Below, piece after piece: positions 26,560 to 39,629 of a DNA stretch of 64,000 nucleotides; the first letter of the stretch is position 1, and the number at the start of each line of letters is the position of its first letter. The notes beneath the pieces are model-generated. The model did no database searches. It had not been told where the DNA came from and saw nothing but the letters and a program-made list of their open reading frames with translations. This DNA comes from Eledone cirrhosa (lineage: Eukaryota), in the NCBI GenBank assembly GCA_964016885.1, contig OZ024744.1, forward strand, positions 57,722,001-57,786,000. Direction: 5' to 3'. The position numbers and the translations under genes are program-made.

Positions 26560-28535
26560 CTTTTAGTGGGGGACTGGAATGGAATCCTAGATGCAGGTTG
26601 CGACTATGTGGGAGCATGTCCCGATAAAGGGAGGTGTAACAGCCTCAAACAGTTAATCGGCTGATTTGACCTGGCCGATAGATATCGACTAGATTTTCCG
26701 ACTGTGCAACTGTGGACGTGGACTAATCGGAGCGGAACATCTAGATCGTACCTAGATAGGGTTCTAGTTAGAAATAAGGATAGGGACATGTTAAGCTGTC
26801 CACAAATATTCATGGTTGCCTATTCAGATCACAAACTAGTGACCTGCATGGTCAACCTTGATAGAATCCATAGACAGGGACCCGGCTACTGGAAGCTGAA
26901 CTTGTCGTTACCGACATGCAAAGCCTACAGTGGAAGGATTAGCACTTTAGTTAAACAGCACTTGACAGGGGCCATTGTCAACAACAGATGGTGGTACTCT
27001 CTCAGAAGGGCAATTAGATTAGACTCGTTTTTAGTAAAGAATTAGCGTTAGATAGAAATAGGACCGAGAAGGAACTGGTAGATAAAGTAGAAGAAGCACT
27101 TAGGAGTGGCAACGTAGCCAGCATGCTAACGACGAGAACGGCCTTGAACCAGTTCTTGGACGCAAAGCACGAAGGCTGCGTTGTCAGGAGCAAAATACGT
27201 GCTCTGGGAAATGAGGAAGCCAAAGCTGTTAGCTGGGCCCGAGTGACAGAGGCGAAAAGTGGCAACAAGTCCACGATTCAGTCTTTGAAGGACCAAGACG
27301 GGTGCGTCATACGTGAGCCGAAGCAGATGTGCACGGCCTTTCAGCGGCACTTTGCTCAACTGTTCGGGCAGGGCGCCGCGCCGGGAGGGGCTATGGATTT
27401 CGGTCCATACCTCGACGGCCTGCCGCGACTCTCGGAGAGTGAGGCGAAGTTCTGCGAAATGCCGATTTCGGCTGCTGAGATAGGGGACGCATTGAGCCAA
27501 TGCAGCAAACGCAAATCTCCAGGTCTCGACGGTCTACCATACGAATTTTTCGTAGCAATGCCGGACTTGTTCTCTGTTCTCCTGGAAGCGGTCTACTGCA
27601 ACTGGCAGCAGAACGGGAAAATTCCCAGTACTGTGACCAAGGGCGTAATCACGTTAGTCAGGAAGGACGAGAATAAGGGGGATTACATAGGCAACTTCCG
27701 GCCCATAACTCTGCTAAACACAGAGTTACAGGTTTTGGCCAAGGTATTGGCAAAGAGGCTGGCGCTTGTCGTCAAAAACCTGGTGGGAGAAGCGCATACA
27801 TGCGCAATCCCGACCAGGTCCATACACGACAACCTCCACCTTATGCGATACATCGTAGAGAGGGTAGGGTGTAAACCCGGCTTCGGTGGGGCCCTGATCA
27901 ACTTGGATCAGTCTAAGGCTTTCGATAGGGTTGATCATCGTTAACTGGATGCGGTGCTCGAGGCGTCAGGCTTCGGACCTGTGTTCAGGGGCTGGATTGC
28001 TGCAATGCACAGCAGTAACATCTGCTCAAGGGTCAAGGTGAACGGCTACCTCTCGGAGCCGTTCCATATCACGCGATCCATCCGACAGGGATGCCCTCTC
28101 TCCTCCCTTCTGTACGTACTGACTCTCGAGCCACTACTGCGGAAGTTGGAGCTACTTCAGGGCATCCCTCTGGAACCGGGACTGCAGAAAGCGGCATCGG
28201 CCTACGCCGACGACGTGACAGTAATGGTGTCGAGCACCTTGCAAATCGAGGAAGTCGGCACCTTACTGAAGGAATACGAAAGGTTCACAGGAGCGAAGCT
28301 GAACCGGGACAAATCCATCAGTTTGCAACTCGGATCGTGGAGAGGCAAACCGATACCTTCCGATGGTGTCGTCGGACTCTGGACGGAAGGACCGGTGAAG
28401 CTGCTAGGGGTCTGGTTTGGTCCAGACCTCCAGGTGGAGAAGAACTGGATTGAGGTGACGGCCAAAGTGTTTGCACTCACCCCTTTGTATGTGTCCTCTT
28501 CTTTTGTGGCCCTTTGGCTAATAAAGGAACATATC
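26560..28535 (+). mobile_element. Tx1/L1-clade LINE ORF2 fragment (APE end plus RT), inactive
   Basis: WTW..SYLDR, SDHK, GYWKLN, KSPGLDGLPYEF, NFRPITLLN, DQSKAFDRVDH, RQGCPLS, AYADD; stop/frameshift near 27040 and stop at 27942; jumps at about 28475 to a 3' end with AATAAA. Confidence 0.93.
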
Positions 28536-28766
28536 TATCTTGACTTGAATTTCTCATTTTTTCCTCTCTTTACGTTACCTCACCATTCGTGTTTGTTTAC
28601 TTGTCTCTCTTGCTCCACCAAACTCTTTTTATCCAAATAACTTAATTTGGTTATTGTATCGCCCTAGCTTGAGGTATATGGTCTGTAATGCGAAGAAATA
28701 CCTATGATGGCTAGTAGACCACTGATGACGTATATTCCTGGCTTCTATTTCTAATTCTTCATTTAT

Positions 28767-28803
<37 letters not shown>

Positions 28804-28805
28804 AA

Positions 28806-28877
<72 letters not shown>

Positions 28878-28878
<1 letters not shown>

Positions 28879-28985
28879 CAGATTGGTGGCGGTAAAAACC
28901 AGTTAGACCATTACTCACCAGAGTACTCGATACTTGGAGTAGTAGAGTGGGTATTCTCTGCCTTTGGGATCCTGAATTTTTCATA
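28878..28985 (-). mobile_element. Fold-back family E tail (relative of D)
   Basis: ACCAGAGTACTCGATACTTGGAGTAGTAGAGTGGGTA; uninterrupted version of the copy split by the hAT at 34852-35877. Confidence 0.75.
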
Positions 28986-29168
28986 TATAAATATATCATC
29001 ATCATCATCATCATCATCATTTTAAGTCCGCATCGTCTTCCTGTCTTCCTCCGGGTGCGACGTTTTTTGAAATATTCACTTCTGCGTTCACAGATTGACT
29101 TTGTTAGTTTCAGAAGATCCCGTTAAAAAGCGATTCTTTGCTTAAACTTTAATCTGTTATTTTAATAA

Positions 29169-29485
<317 letters not shown>

Positions 29486-29680
29486 ACAAAGGAATTGTGG
29501 TAAGGAACCAGATGGACCATAACGCACCAGAGTACTCAATACTTAGGGTAGTAGAGTGGGAAATAGGAACAAGTATGACGCCGACGGCAGAGCTCAAGCC
29601 GTTTCGACGGCTAATTCTAGTCCAGACATAGCCGTCGAAACGACTTGAACACTGCCGTCGGGGTCATACTTTTTCCTATA

Positions 29681-29742
<62 letters not shown>

Positions 29743-29827
29743 AAAATGTATGACCCACTCTACTATTCTAAGTATTGAGTACTCTGGTGCGTTATGGTCC
29801 ATCTGGTTCCTTACCACACCTCCTTCG

Positions 29828-29875
<48 letters not shown>

Positions 29876-30132
29876 TGGAAAAGAATGAAATGAAATTTCA
29901 TTTTTCACTCATAGTACGGCTGATACTTAAATATAAGTATGTATACGTACATACATATATGTATACAGACGTACAGTAGGGTGTATATATACATACATGC
30001 ACACATATATATATCTATGGGTTTACCGAACATTTATTATAATGTTCGGTTTGTTTGTAAACAAACAGCCCGAATTAAGCTGTACAGTGTTTAGCAACCA
30101 TCGTTGCCCTTTTGTTCAACACTGACAAAGAA

Positions 30133-30175
30133 ACGATGAACTAGTTTCAAGCTTATTAGTTATCGTCAGCATCGC
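30133..30175 (-). ncRNA. Minimal type I hammerhead ribozyme (family F, left array)
   Basis: Reverse complement GCGATG CTGACGA TAACT-AATA-AGCTT GAAA CTAGT T CATCGT; stem II weakened. Confidence 0.7.
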
Positions 30176-30793
30176 ATACCTTCCTGCCAGATGATTGAAC
30201 GTCTGAAAGTATATACTTTCCTTATGCATATTAACGGCTGAGCAGCCTAATTTGCATATCGAGTGAGTTAGTCGGCCGGGGGTACTGAAAAGGAAAAGAA
30301 TGAAATGAAATTTCATTTCTCACTCTTAGTACGGCTGATACTTAAATATAAGTATGTATACGTACATACATATATGTATACAGACGTACAGTAGTATGTA
30401 TATATATACATACATGCACACATATATATATGTACGTATGGGTTTACCGAACATTTATTATAATGTTCGGTTTGTTTGAAACTATTTCATCGTTCCTTTG
30501 TCAGTGTTGAACAATGCACGATGGTTGCCGAGCACTGTACGGCTTAATTCGGGCTGTTTGTTTACAAACAAACCGAACATTATAATAAATGTTCGGTAAA
30601 CCCATACGTACATATATATATGTGTGCATATATGTATATATATACATACTACTGTACATCTGTATACATATATGTATGTACGTATACATACTTATATTTA
30701 AGTATCAGCCGTACTAAGAGTGAGAAATGAAATTTCATTTCATTCTTTTCCGTTTATCGTTTTCGGTACGCCCGGCCAACTGACTCACTCGAT

Positions 30794-30801
30794 ATGCAAA
30801 T
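30794..30801 (+). promoter_or_regulatory. Octamer motif ATGCAAAT inside the family F monomer
   Basis: Exact octamer about 110 nt upstream of the predicted cleavage site; also in the other array (ATTTGCAT 30250-30257); function inferred only. Confidence 0.3.
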
Positions 30802-30875
30802 TAGGCTGCTCAGCCGTTAATATGCATAAGGAAAGTATATACTTTCAAACGTTCAATCACCGAACAGGAAGGTAT

Positions 30876-30918
30876 GCGATGCTGACGATAGCTAATAAGC
30901 TTGAAACTAGTTCATCGT
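30876..30918 (+). ncRNA. Minimal type I hammerhead ribozyme (family F, right array)
   Basis: GCGATG CTGACGA TAGCT-AATA-AGCTT GAAA CTAGT T CATCGT; palindromic stem III ACTAGT, GUU triplet. Confidence 0.85.
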
Positions 30919-31147
30919 TCCTTTGTCAGTGTTGAACAAAAGGGCAACATGCTTGCCGAACACTGTACGGCTTAATTCGGGCTGTTTGTTTACAAACAAA
31001 CCGAACATTATAATAAATGTTCGGTAAACCCATATATATATGTGTGTGCATGTATGTATATTTATACATACTACTGTACGTCTATATACATATATGTATG
31101 TACGTATACATACTTATATTTATATATTTATTTATTCATTTATTAAT

Positions 31148-31325
31148 ATCCCAATGTAAATCAGAAGGTGACCACTGTCAAAAAAGGTACTCAATATGTC
31201 GGTAGAGTATAGTTATATTCATTTTATTATAGAAATGACTTCTACAGGACTAGAACTGTTTCATTCATAATGATGATTTTTTTCAAATGAGTTCTAGTCC
31301 TCTATCTATAATAAAATGAATATAT
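31148..31325. mobile_element. Fold-back family I plus left-hand tail
   Basis: ATATTCATTTTATTATAGA..AGGACTAGAACT / AGTTCTAGTCCT..TCTATAATAAAATGAATAT; tail motif GGTACTCAATA..GAGT at 31186-31208. Confidence 0.75.
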
Positions 31326-31879
31326 ATATGTGTTTGTGTGTGTGTGTGTGTGCATGTGTGTGTGTTTCTGTGCGTGTGTGCATGTGTGCGTTTGTGTTTG
31401 TGTGTGCGTGTATGTGTGTGTGTGTGTGTCTGTGTGTGTGTGTGTGCGTGAGCGCGTGTGTGTGCATGTATGTATGTGTGTGTGTGTGTGTGTATGTGTG
31501 TGCATGTGTGTGTGTAAATTGGGTTCTAATCTTGCTTCTAAGCTACAAAAGAGAAAGAACTCAGTATTTATAATTGAATATTGTATATGTAGATTTATTC
31601 ATATTCTTACAAAATTGCAACACCATTTAGGCAAAGTGTGTTTGTTGAGTTTCATCGGCAAAACAAGTGCTTTCACCTCACCTGCCCAAACTTTCTCGAT
31701 TTAACCCTTTAGCATTTACATTACTCTATATTTACTATTTGTCATGATAAAGGCTTTATCTTACATAATTAGCTCACAGAATATCTAATCTACGAGATTT
31801 TGATATTATTAATTTTGAGAACAATACCTTAACATCAGTATGAGTGGCTGGTTATGGCTGATTTGAACAGAAAGAGGTG

Positions 31880-32440
31880 ATTGAGTGCCCTCATTTATTG
31901 CCATACAGATTTAACCTAGCCAACAGGAGCTATCAAGTACTTCTAAGATGCTTCCCTTAATTTAGAAAAAAAGAGTTTATTTCATTGATGATCTTACTAC
32001 TAACTATTCCTGTGCATCTGTCATATATTTCTTCAGATGTCCTGTTATCCTGCTTCACATCCTCTGTACCTATAATTTACATTGAATATGTCATATCAAA
32101 TTTCTACTTAATCCTTTTTTGTATATCAAACAGTCATTTGCCTGTACTGTTTTCTTTTCTACTTATCAATACATTCTTTGCTAAATTTACTCTCAGCCCT
32201 TTTGAGTCGTGGCTTAGAGTCATGTCTGAAATTTCTTCTCTAAATCTTTTATCTATTCAGATATAAGTGCTAACTCATCAGCATATACAGTAGTTTCTGT
32301 AGAGAGCTTGTCTTAAATTCTTGTAATGGCTTGAAAAAAAGCCTATAATAAATAAAAAAAAGGGTAGTGAACTAATCCTTGATGAACACCTATTTATACA
32401 CTGAATTCCTCACTAAATTCATTGCATACTCTTACGTGCT
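31880..32440 (-). mobile_element. Decayed RTE LINE RT fragment
   Basis: EEFSV.IGVHQG..LFII, YADELAL remnants. Confidence 0.6.
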
Positions 32441-33098
32441 AGCCTGGGTTTGTCATTCAATTCGAAAACAAGATGATGCATTCTCCCCATCACCATTCTA
32501 AAGTATCTGTGTTTGAGTATATGCACAGTATGTATCTGAATATGTATGTTGTGTGTATGTGTATATGTTCATCGTGTATGTGTCTGCACATGTATATTTG
32601 TATATTGTGTTTGTCTGTTGTGATTGTCTATGCATGTGTATCTGTATGCTGTGTATATGTATGCATCTGTATTATAGTTGTGCATATATGCATATGTGTA
32701 TACGTATATATATATATATATGTGTGTATTGGTATGTTGTGTTATGTATGTATGTATGTATATGACAGCAGCTTTGTAACCCCATCAGATGGTCCCTTTT
32801 CTGACAAACACTCACTGCAGTAGGCAAAGAGTTTGTTACAGAAAGAGAGATGGGACGCGGGGGGAGGGGGGGGGGGGGGGGGGCAGACAGAAAGAAAGGG
32901 GAGGGATTTGAGATTCTTAGATTAGAAATCCTACCAAAATTTTACATAGGTGTCAAGAGTAAAGACCCCTTCCCCTGCAGATCATACTGCGTACATGCAT
33001 TCAAACACATTTGTCACATTTCACCCACTCAATACATATTATAGAGAGAGATAGTGAATTTGTTATACACACAAGTCTGTCTTCCTCTTTCTCTCTTT

Positions 33099-33263
<165 letters not shown>

Positions 33264-33586
33264 CAAAATACAAAACAAAAACAATAATAAAGAGTGCAGT
33301 TACGAACAGTGTTGGTATTAGGTTCACGCTTGAGAGTGGGGGATGGCGGACATAATATTTATATATATAAATGGCACCGTATAGGCCTTGTAAAGACTTA
33401 GTGGCAATGTAAGTATAATACTTATTCTGTCTTATGTTGTTTTAACCTAATTAGATTGTTCTCTGCAAACAAAATATTAGATATGTGGTTTCCTATGATA
33501 TTGGCAGTGTGCAAAGCTCTCAGGTCTTGGATTTTTAGCCAGAATTCTCTGATAGATCAATCATAAAGCCACATGATCGTCACACA

Positions 33587-33862
33587 TTCATCATCATCAT
33601 CATTTTACGTCCGCTTTCCCCTGCTTGCAAGGGTGGGACGGGTCCTATTCAGCACAGCATCCCTCCATTCGTCACGGTCCTTCACCATCTCCTCCATGAG
33701 CTTCAGCGATCTGAGGTCAGCTCTCACCACCTCCATCCATGTTTTTCATGGTCTTCCTTCTACTGGGATTTCTTAGTACTTCTTTACTCAGCGGTAATCC
33801 TCCATGCACATCATATGTCCATACCAATGCAGTATTCTCTACCGTACACTACAGCCTATCTC
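33587..33862 (-). mobile_element. RTE LINE 3' end
   Basis: Homologous to 3712-4000. Confidence 0.85.
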
Positions 33863-33865
33863 TCT

Positions 33866-34050
33866 TTGGATTGGCAGTATCGGTAGAGGGTCGGACGCCA
33901 TGCTTTGACGCATAGAGTTATGGTCCTTGCCATTCTGAGTTCAAATCCCGCCGAGGTTAACTTTGCCTTTCATCCTTACGGGGTCGATAAAATAAAGTAC
34001 CAGTAATGCACTGGGTAATTGCTGGCCTTGTGCCAAAAGTAGAAACAATT
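33866..34050 (+). mobile_element. SINE S1
   Basis: Homologous to 2060-2275. Confidence 0.85.
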
Positions 34051-34069
34051 ATATAATATATATCGATCT

Positions 34070-34112
<43 letters not shown>

Positions 34113-34116
<4 letters not shown>

Positions 34117-34335
34117 AGATCTCAACATGAATGGACTTGTTATTTTTATCTAAAGACATGTTTTCCAATTCCATCCCGCCCGTCCCCTCAATCTATTTTA
34201 TTTCTCATTCTTTCTTCTGATGAAGGACTAGCATCCGAAATGTTAAGACCCTCTTCCTGCTATAAGCATTAACCTAATATATACCTTCCATATACTGTAC
34301 CGATTGTGTTGTTATTTCTGTTTACTTTTACATAC
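34113..34335 (+). mobile_element. Solo family-B pLTR with hammerhead
   Basis: TCTT CTGATGA AGGA-CTAGCA-TCC GAAA TGTT AAGA at 34213-34248; homologous to 12780-13040. Confidence 0.8.
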
Positions 34336-34396
34336 ATATATATAATTTGAAATGTTTGCTTCGTAATACAAATTACTATAATAATAGATAATCTCT

Positions 34397-34488
34397 AAGA
34401 TTGAGTAAAGTACCCTTCAGAGGGAAAAAATTGAACAGAGGTACATCTGTCCCCTTTTTCCACCTTAAAGGGTACTTTACCCAATCTT
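34397..34488. repeat. ~92-bp imperfect hairpin
   Basis: AAGATTGAGTAAAGTACCCTT..AAGGGTACTTTACCCAATCTT. Confidence 0.85.
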
Positions 34489-34881
34489 CTCAACTAATGT
34501 TTATAGTGATTGGCTATTATTATAGTAATTTGTGTTTCAATGAAAACATTTCAAACTTTCCCAATGCTTCTGAAATCAACTGATTTGTTCATATATATAT
34601 GATATATATATATATCATCATCATCATCATCTTCATTTAACATCCATCTTCCATGCTAACATGGGTTAGACGGGAATTGTTCCACTTGAGGCAAGGTTGG
34701 TCGGGTGACCGTGTCTCACTCAAATAGGACTATCTGTCAGGTTTTCTACGGCTGGATGCCTTTCCTAACACCAACCACATTTACAGTGTGGAACTGGGAA
34801 CTTTTTACCATGTTACCTACACGGCCACATTACAGCTATATATATATATATCAGAATGGATACAGTAAAAACCAGTTAGAC

Positions 34882-35730
34882 CAGGGTTCCCCAATCTTTT
34901 TTTCAGCCAGTGCTCCCTTTGGGCGCAAACTTTTTTGTCAATTTAAATTTCAAATAAGATACTGAATTCATCTTACATAGAAAGGTGACACTTAGGTATT
35001 AGTACAAAAGTAATTTTAATATTGTCTTAATTTTCCAAAGCCAAAAAAAAGGGTTTTTAGCTGAGGTGTAATTTTAGAATTAAAACAAATTCAAAATTTA
35101 AATTTTGAAACTTAAGACTTACCACGTTATCTGGTGTATGTCTGCAGTTTAAATAGGTACAAAACCTAAAACAAATGTGTGTGTGTGCGTGTGCATGTGT
35201 GTGTGTGTGGTTGGGCCTTTAATCGCCAGGGGTCAATTTAAGTTCAATCACAGAAGGGAATTCAAAACAGCAACACACTCACATACATGCAATCAAATTA
35301 CATACAAACATGCCCACACATACAAACACATACATATCAGCCACTTCCAAAAGCCCATTTCATCCAAAATTCTGACCACCATTCTTTATATATTTGCACA
35401 CAAATTCACACATTCAGCTTTTCGCTTTTATTCATTGTTTTTCTTTTCTTTTAGTCGTCCATTACCATTCATTTGTTTTTTATTTTTGTTTTGGGGGGTT
35501 TCCCTTTAGCGACACCAGTTACACATGGTGCCAAGAATTTGCTTGGTGTCGCTAAAGTGGAAAAAATGTTTTTTAAATTTGAAAATTTGAAAGAAAAAGA
35601 TTTGAAAGAAAAAAAATAGATAAATGTCCACTACCCACCTGAATATATTCACCGCCCCCCGCCCCCCCAAATGAAATAAAGCTCCCAGCGCTCCTTTTCA
35701 ACATAACAGCACCCACATTGGGAATCACTG
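34882..35730. mobile_element. Non-autonomous hAT (Charlie-like) element with 8-bp TSD
   Basis: TIRs CAGGGTTCCCCAA / TTGGGAATCACTG; TSD AGTTAGAC at 34874-34881 and 35731-35738; empty site visible at about 28900. Confidence 0.9.
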
Positions 35731-35877
35731 AGTTAGACCATTACTCACCAGAGTACTCGATACTTGGAGTAGTAGAGTGGGTAATAATGAAAGATTCGGG
35801 GACCCTGACAGCTGAGCTCCATTCAGATCTAGCTGTTGAAACTGCAGGAGCTCAGCTGCTAGAGTCCCGAATCCTTC
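35731..35877. mobile_element. Fold-back family E (tail begins at 34852, split by the hAT)
   Basis: Hairpin GATTCGGG..CAGCTGAGCTCC / GGAGCTCAGCTG..CCCGAATC. Confidence 0.75.
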
Positions 35878-38545
35878 ATCATCATCATCACCGTTTTACA
35901 TCCATTCTTCCACGCTAGCATGGGTTAGACGGGTTGTCCTGTTGAGGGCAGTGCCTGGTCGGCTGACCTTGTCTTGCTCATACAGGAACTGATTCTGGCT
36001 TGATTTCTACAGCTGGATGCCCTTCCTAACACCAACCTCATTTACAGTGTGGACTGGGTGCTTTTTTTCCGTGGCGCCTACATGTCCACTTTACAGTGTG
36101 GGCTGGGTGCTTTTTTTGCCATGGCACCTCCACGACCACTTTGCAGTGGGAGGGTGTGGGGACATATTGTCTATATGCTTCAGCTTCGGCTTGTACCCAT
36201 GGGAAGTCAGGTCTTCTGTATTACTGCGTGATGCCAGAGGTCACAGTCGTGTGTCATCGCCTTTGAGAGGTGCAATTGAGGAACGTCGGCTTTTATCACC
36301 TCATCCCAGGTCTTCTTGGGTCTCCCCACTCCACGGCTTCCATTGACTTCCAGTGCTCTGCACCTTTTTATGCAGCTGACATCCTTCATGCACATCACAT
36401 GTCCATACCAACGCAACCTCCTCTCTTGCACACAGCATTTGATTCCTCTTATGCTTAGTCTCTCCCTCAATTCGTTTATGCTTTGCCGTTCGTGTTTATT
36501 GCTATTACACTTTCATCAGAGCATACAAGCTTCGTTTCTTTCTAATCTATGCAAGTCTTCTACATACAATGCCCAGGTCTCACTACCATGTAACATTGCC
36601 GTTTTTATGCATGCATCATACAGTCTGCCTTTCATTTTGAGGGAAAAGCCTTTTGCAGCTAGCAGTGGCAGTAGCTCCCTGAACTTCTTCCATCCCATTC
36701 TTACTGTACTTCAGAACACCCACCTCCGCTGCTAATTTGGTCACCTAGGTAGCAAAAGCTGTCTACTGTTTCTACAGAGCCCTCCCAGAGTTTGGTGGTA
36801 CTTGTTTCCTGAGGCGGTTTGCTACTTGCTGTCCTGGTGCAGTTGCTACATGTAAAGCCTACATTCTTAGCTAAGCTTCCTGAGATCCCACTACATCTTT
36901 TGGGTACCCATTGTTTGCATTTGGGGCAGAGGACGGAGTTCCTACTTACACCTTTCCTACATACTGAGCAAGGCCATTTCCCTGAGGGGATCTGGTTTCT
37001 GTTTTCTCGTCTACTTACAAGAACCTTAGTCTTTGTCAGGTTGATTTTGAAACCCTTTCTTTCTAGTCCCTGCTTCCAAGTTTGGAATTTCTTCTCTAGT
37101 TCCACCATAGATTCAGCTATAAGTGCAAGGTCATCTGCATACAGGAGTTCCCATGGGTATCAGGTCTTAAACTCTTCTGTTATTGCCTGCAATACTATAA
37201 TGAACAGAAGAGGGCTAAGAACAGAGCCCTGGTGGACACCGACCTGTTGCTAAATTCCTCGCTATAGTCATTGTTAACCCTAACTTTGCTGACTGCTACC
37301 CTATACATGGCCTGTACCACTTTCACAAGCCATTCATCTACTCCTTGTTTTCTAAGAGCCCACCATATTATAGCACGGGGCACTCTGTCGAAGGCTTTTT
37401 CCAAATCGACAAATGCCAGGTAGAGCGGCTTACTTTTAGCTAGGTACTTTTCCTATAACTGCCTCACAAGGAAGAGGGCATCAGTGGTGCCTTTTCCTGG
37501 CACAAACCCAAATTGCATCTCATCTAGTTTCACCCTATCCCTAATCAACTGTGCTATAACTCTTTCCGTTACTTTCAAGACCTGGTCCATCAGCTTTATA
37601 CCTCTATAGTTTCCTCTTAGAGCATCACCTTTACCCTTGTAGCAGTTGACAATGATACTGCTGCACTAATCCTTTGGTATGACACCCTCTAGTATTACCT
37701 GGTTAACAATACGTGTGGTTATGGTGTGAGCTACTGACCCAGATGCTTTCAGCATCTCGGCAGCTATACCCGATGGACCAGTTGCCTTCCCAGTCTTCAT
37801 ATTTTTAATTGCCTTACTTACTACGCTGCTGTTGACTTGTACTGCTGGCCCCTCTTGGGGTAGAGTCTCTTTCTCCCATGCATTAACCTCATTCAGTAAT
37901 CTTTTATAATGGCACTTCCATGCAGCTTTCTTCTCAGCACTTGTGAGGGCAAGCTCACCTTTATCATTCCGGATACACTTCTCTCCAATGACATCACAAT
38001 TCTCTCTGGCACACTGCCTCACAATCCTGATCTCTATGTAATGTACCCTGCTTCCCCCTGTTCTTCCATTCTTTCCATGCCTGTCTCTTAGCCTTAATTG
38101 CCTCATCTACCTTATTGTTCCACCACCAAGTCACTCTCCTCCTGCCTGTGGTCTTACTCCAACCACAGATCTCGTGTGTCGCCTTTAGTAAGTTAGTTTT
38201 TAAGAACTCCCAGTGCTCTTCTACATTGAATGTCTGTATCTGTTCTTCTTTACTGTCATAGGCATTTAGTAAGATATCTTTAAATCTATTACTGTCTGAG
38301 GGGTCTTTCAGCTTCCAGATCTTTCTTCTCCAGGTTGCCTTCTGTTTTCAAGTTTGTCTAGTTCTGACAATGAGGTTGCTAACAACTAAGTTATGTTGGG
38401 AGGTACATTCCTCGCCTGGGAAGGCTTTTGTGTTTATAACTGTCCATCTATCTCATCCTCTGATGAGGATAAAATCTATCTGACTAGAATGCTCCCCAGA
38501 TCTATAGGTGACCAGATCGTTGTCGGGTTTTTTGAAGTTTGTTAC
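35878..38545 (-). mobile_element. Long RTE-clade LINE fragment (end of APE, RT, Cys motif, 3' UTR)
   Basis: SQIDFIL, GKATGPSGI, NYRGIKL, FVDLEKAFDRVPR, GVHQGSVLSPLLF, LLYADDL, RRLRWYGHV; multiple frameshifts. Confidence 0.95.
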
Positions 38546-38707
38546 ATATATATATATTGTTACATACATATATATATATATATGTAGGAGGTGAGTTTTA
38601 TTGTAGTACAATAAAGCAATGCAGATATCGGATAAGAAGCACTCTACAGTTTGTAGGACTGGAGTATACATAATATAAGATCAAAAGATGGTTAAAGGAG
38701 TTCCATG

Positions 38708-38778
38708 TATTTTATTATGCGCATTTCAAAAACAAACATCATCATGCAATAATATTTGTGTTTTCATCAGATAAAACA
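38708..38778 (-). ncRNA. Minimal type I hammerhead ribozyme (family G, left arm)
   Basis: Reverse complement of 38891-38961. Confidence 0.85.
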
Positions 38779-38890
38779 GGAGAACGTGATATGAAGGCTA
38801 AAAAACACTTGTGGATAGTGCAGTTGTGGATATGTTGATTTAAAACTGCACTATCCACAAGTGTTTTTTAGCCTTCATATCATGTTCTCC

Positions 38891-38961
38891 TGTTTTATCT
38901 GATGAAAACACAAATATTATTGCATGATGATGTTTGTTTTTGAAATGCGCATAATAAAATA
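38891..38961 (+). ncRNA. Minimal type I hammerhead ribozyme (family G, right arm)
   Basis: TGTTTTAT CTGATGA AAACACAAATATTAT..ATGATGTTTGTTTTT GAAA TGCGCAT A ATAAAATA; palindromic stem III ATGCGCAT. Confidence 0.85.
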
Positions 38962-39107
38962 CATGGAACTCCTTTAACCATCTTTTGATCTTATATTATA
39001 TATATATATATATATATACACACACAAATATATTTAGTACTTTATATTTAAGTAAAGTGTAGATTATAGGATAAAATGCCTGGCAGTCAAGCTTTATATC
39101 CTGTAAT

Positions 39108-39295
39108 AATTGTTTCTACTTTAGGCACAAGGCCAGCAATTACCCAGTACATTACTGGTACTTTATTTTATCGACCCCGTAAGGATGAAAGGCAAAGTTA
39201 ACCTCGGTGGGATTTGAACTCAGTCTGTAAAGGGACATAACTATGCTAGAAAGCATGGCGTCCAACCCTCTACCGATACTGCCAATTCACCGCCC
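39108..39295 (-). mobile_element. SINE S1 with 17-bp TSD
   Basis: TTATATCCTGTAATAAT at 39094-39110 and 39296-39312. Confidence 0.92.
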
Positions 39296-39629
39296 TTATA
39301 TCCTGTAATAATACACACACACGTGTCTGTGCGCCTATATGTGTGTGTGTGTGTGTGCATTTATGTATGTGTTTATTTGCCACACTTGATATTGGTGGAA
39401 CAAGCAGTGATATCTGCTTATGTCCTACATGAGCAAGTGTACCGCAGCTCAGTAGTTGAACGTGCAGAAGGGGTGACTGAAAACGAATTCTTGGTGTACA
39501 CTTACTCACATGCTTAATTCATCACTGTACTCATTATTATCCGCTATCCTGCTAACTGTACCCCTCTACAAGCCATTCATTGACTCCCTAACCTCCAGAG
39601 AGCTCAGCAGATTATAAAATATGAGAGTC

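Larger units (their letters stand above)
29872..31120. mobile_element. Family F: head-to-head arrays of a ~420-bp hammerhead-containing monomer (retrozyme-like)
   Basis: GGAAAAGAATG recurs at 29877 and 30293; TTCATCGTTCC recurs at about 30486 and 30911; orientation flips at about 30478; no ORF. Confidence 0.85.
38584..39000. mobile_element. Fold-back family G with a hammerhead in each arm and a left-hand tail
   Basis: 38668-38825 is the reverse complement of 38845-39000; tail 38584-38667, whose end recurs inverted at 51006-51045. Confidence 0.92.

Noticed and set aside
28685-28735. Permuted (type II) hammerhead GAAATACC..TGG..CCA CTGATGA
   Set aside because: No valid NUH triplet abutting stem I and stem II is out of register; may be a LINE 3' UTR remnant
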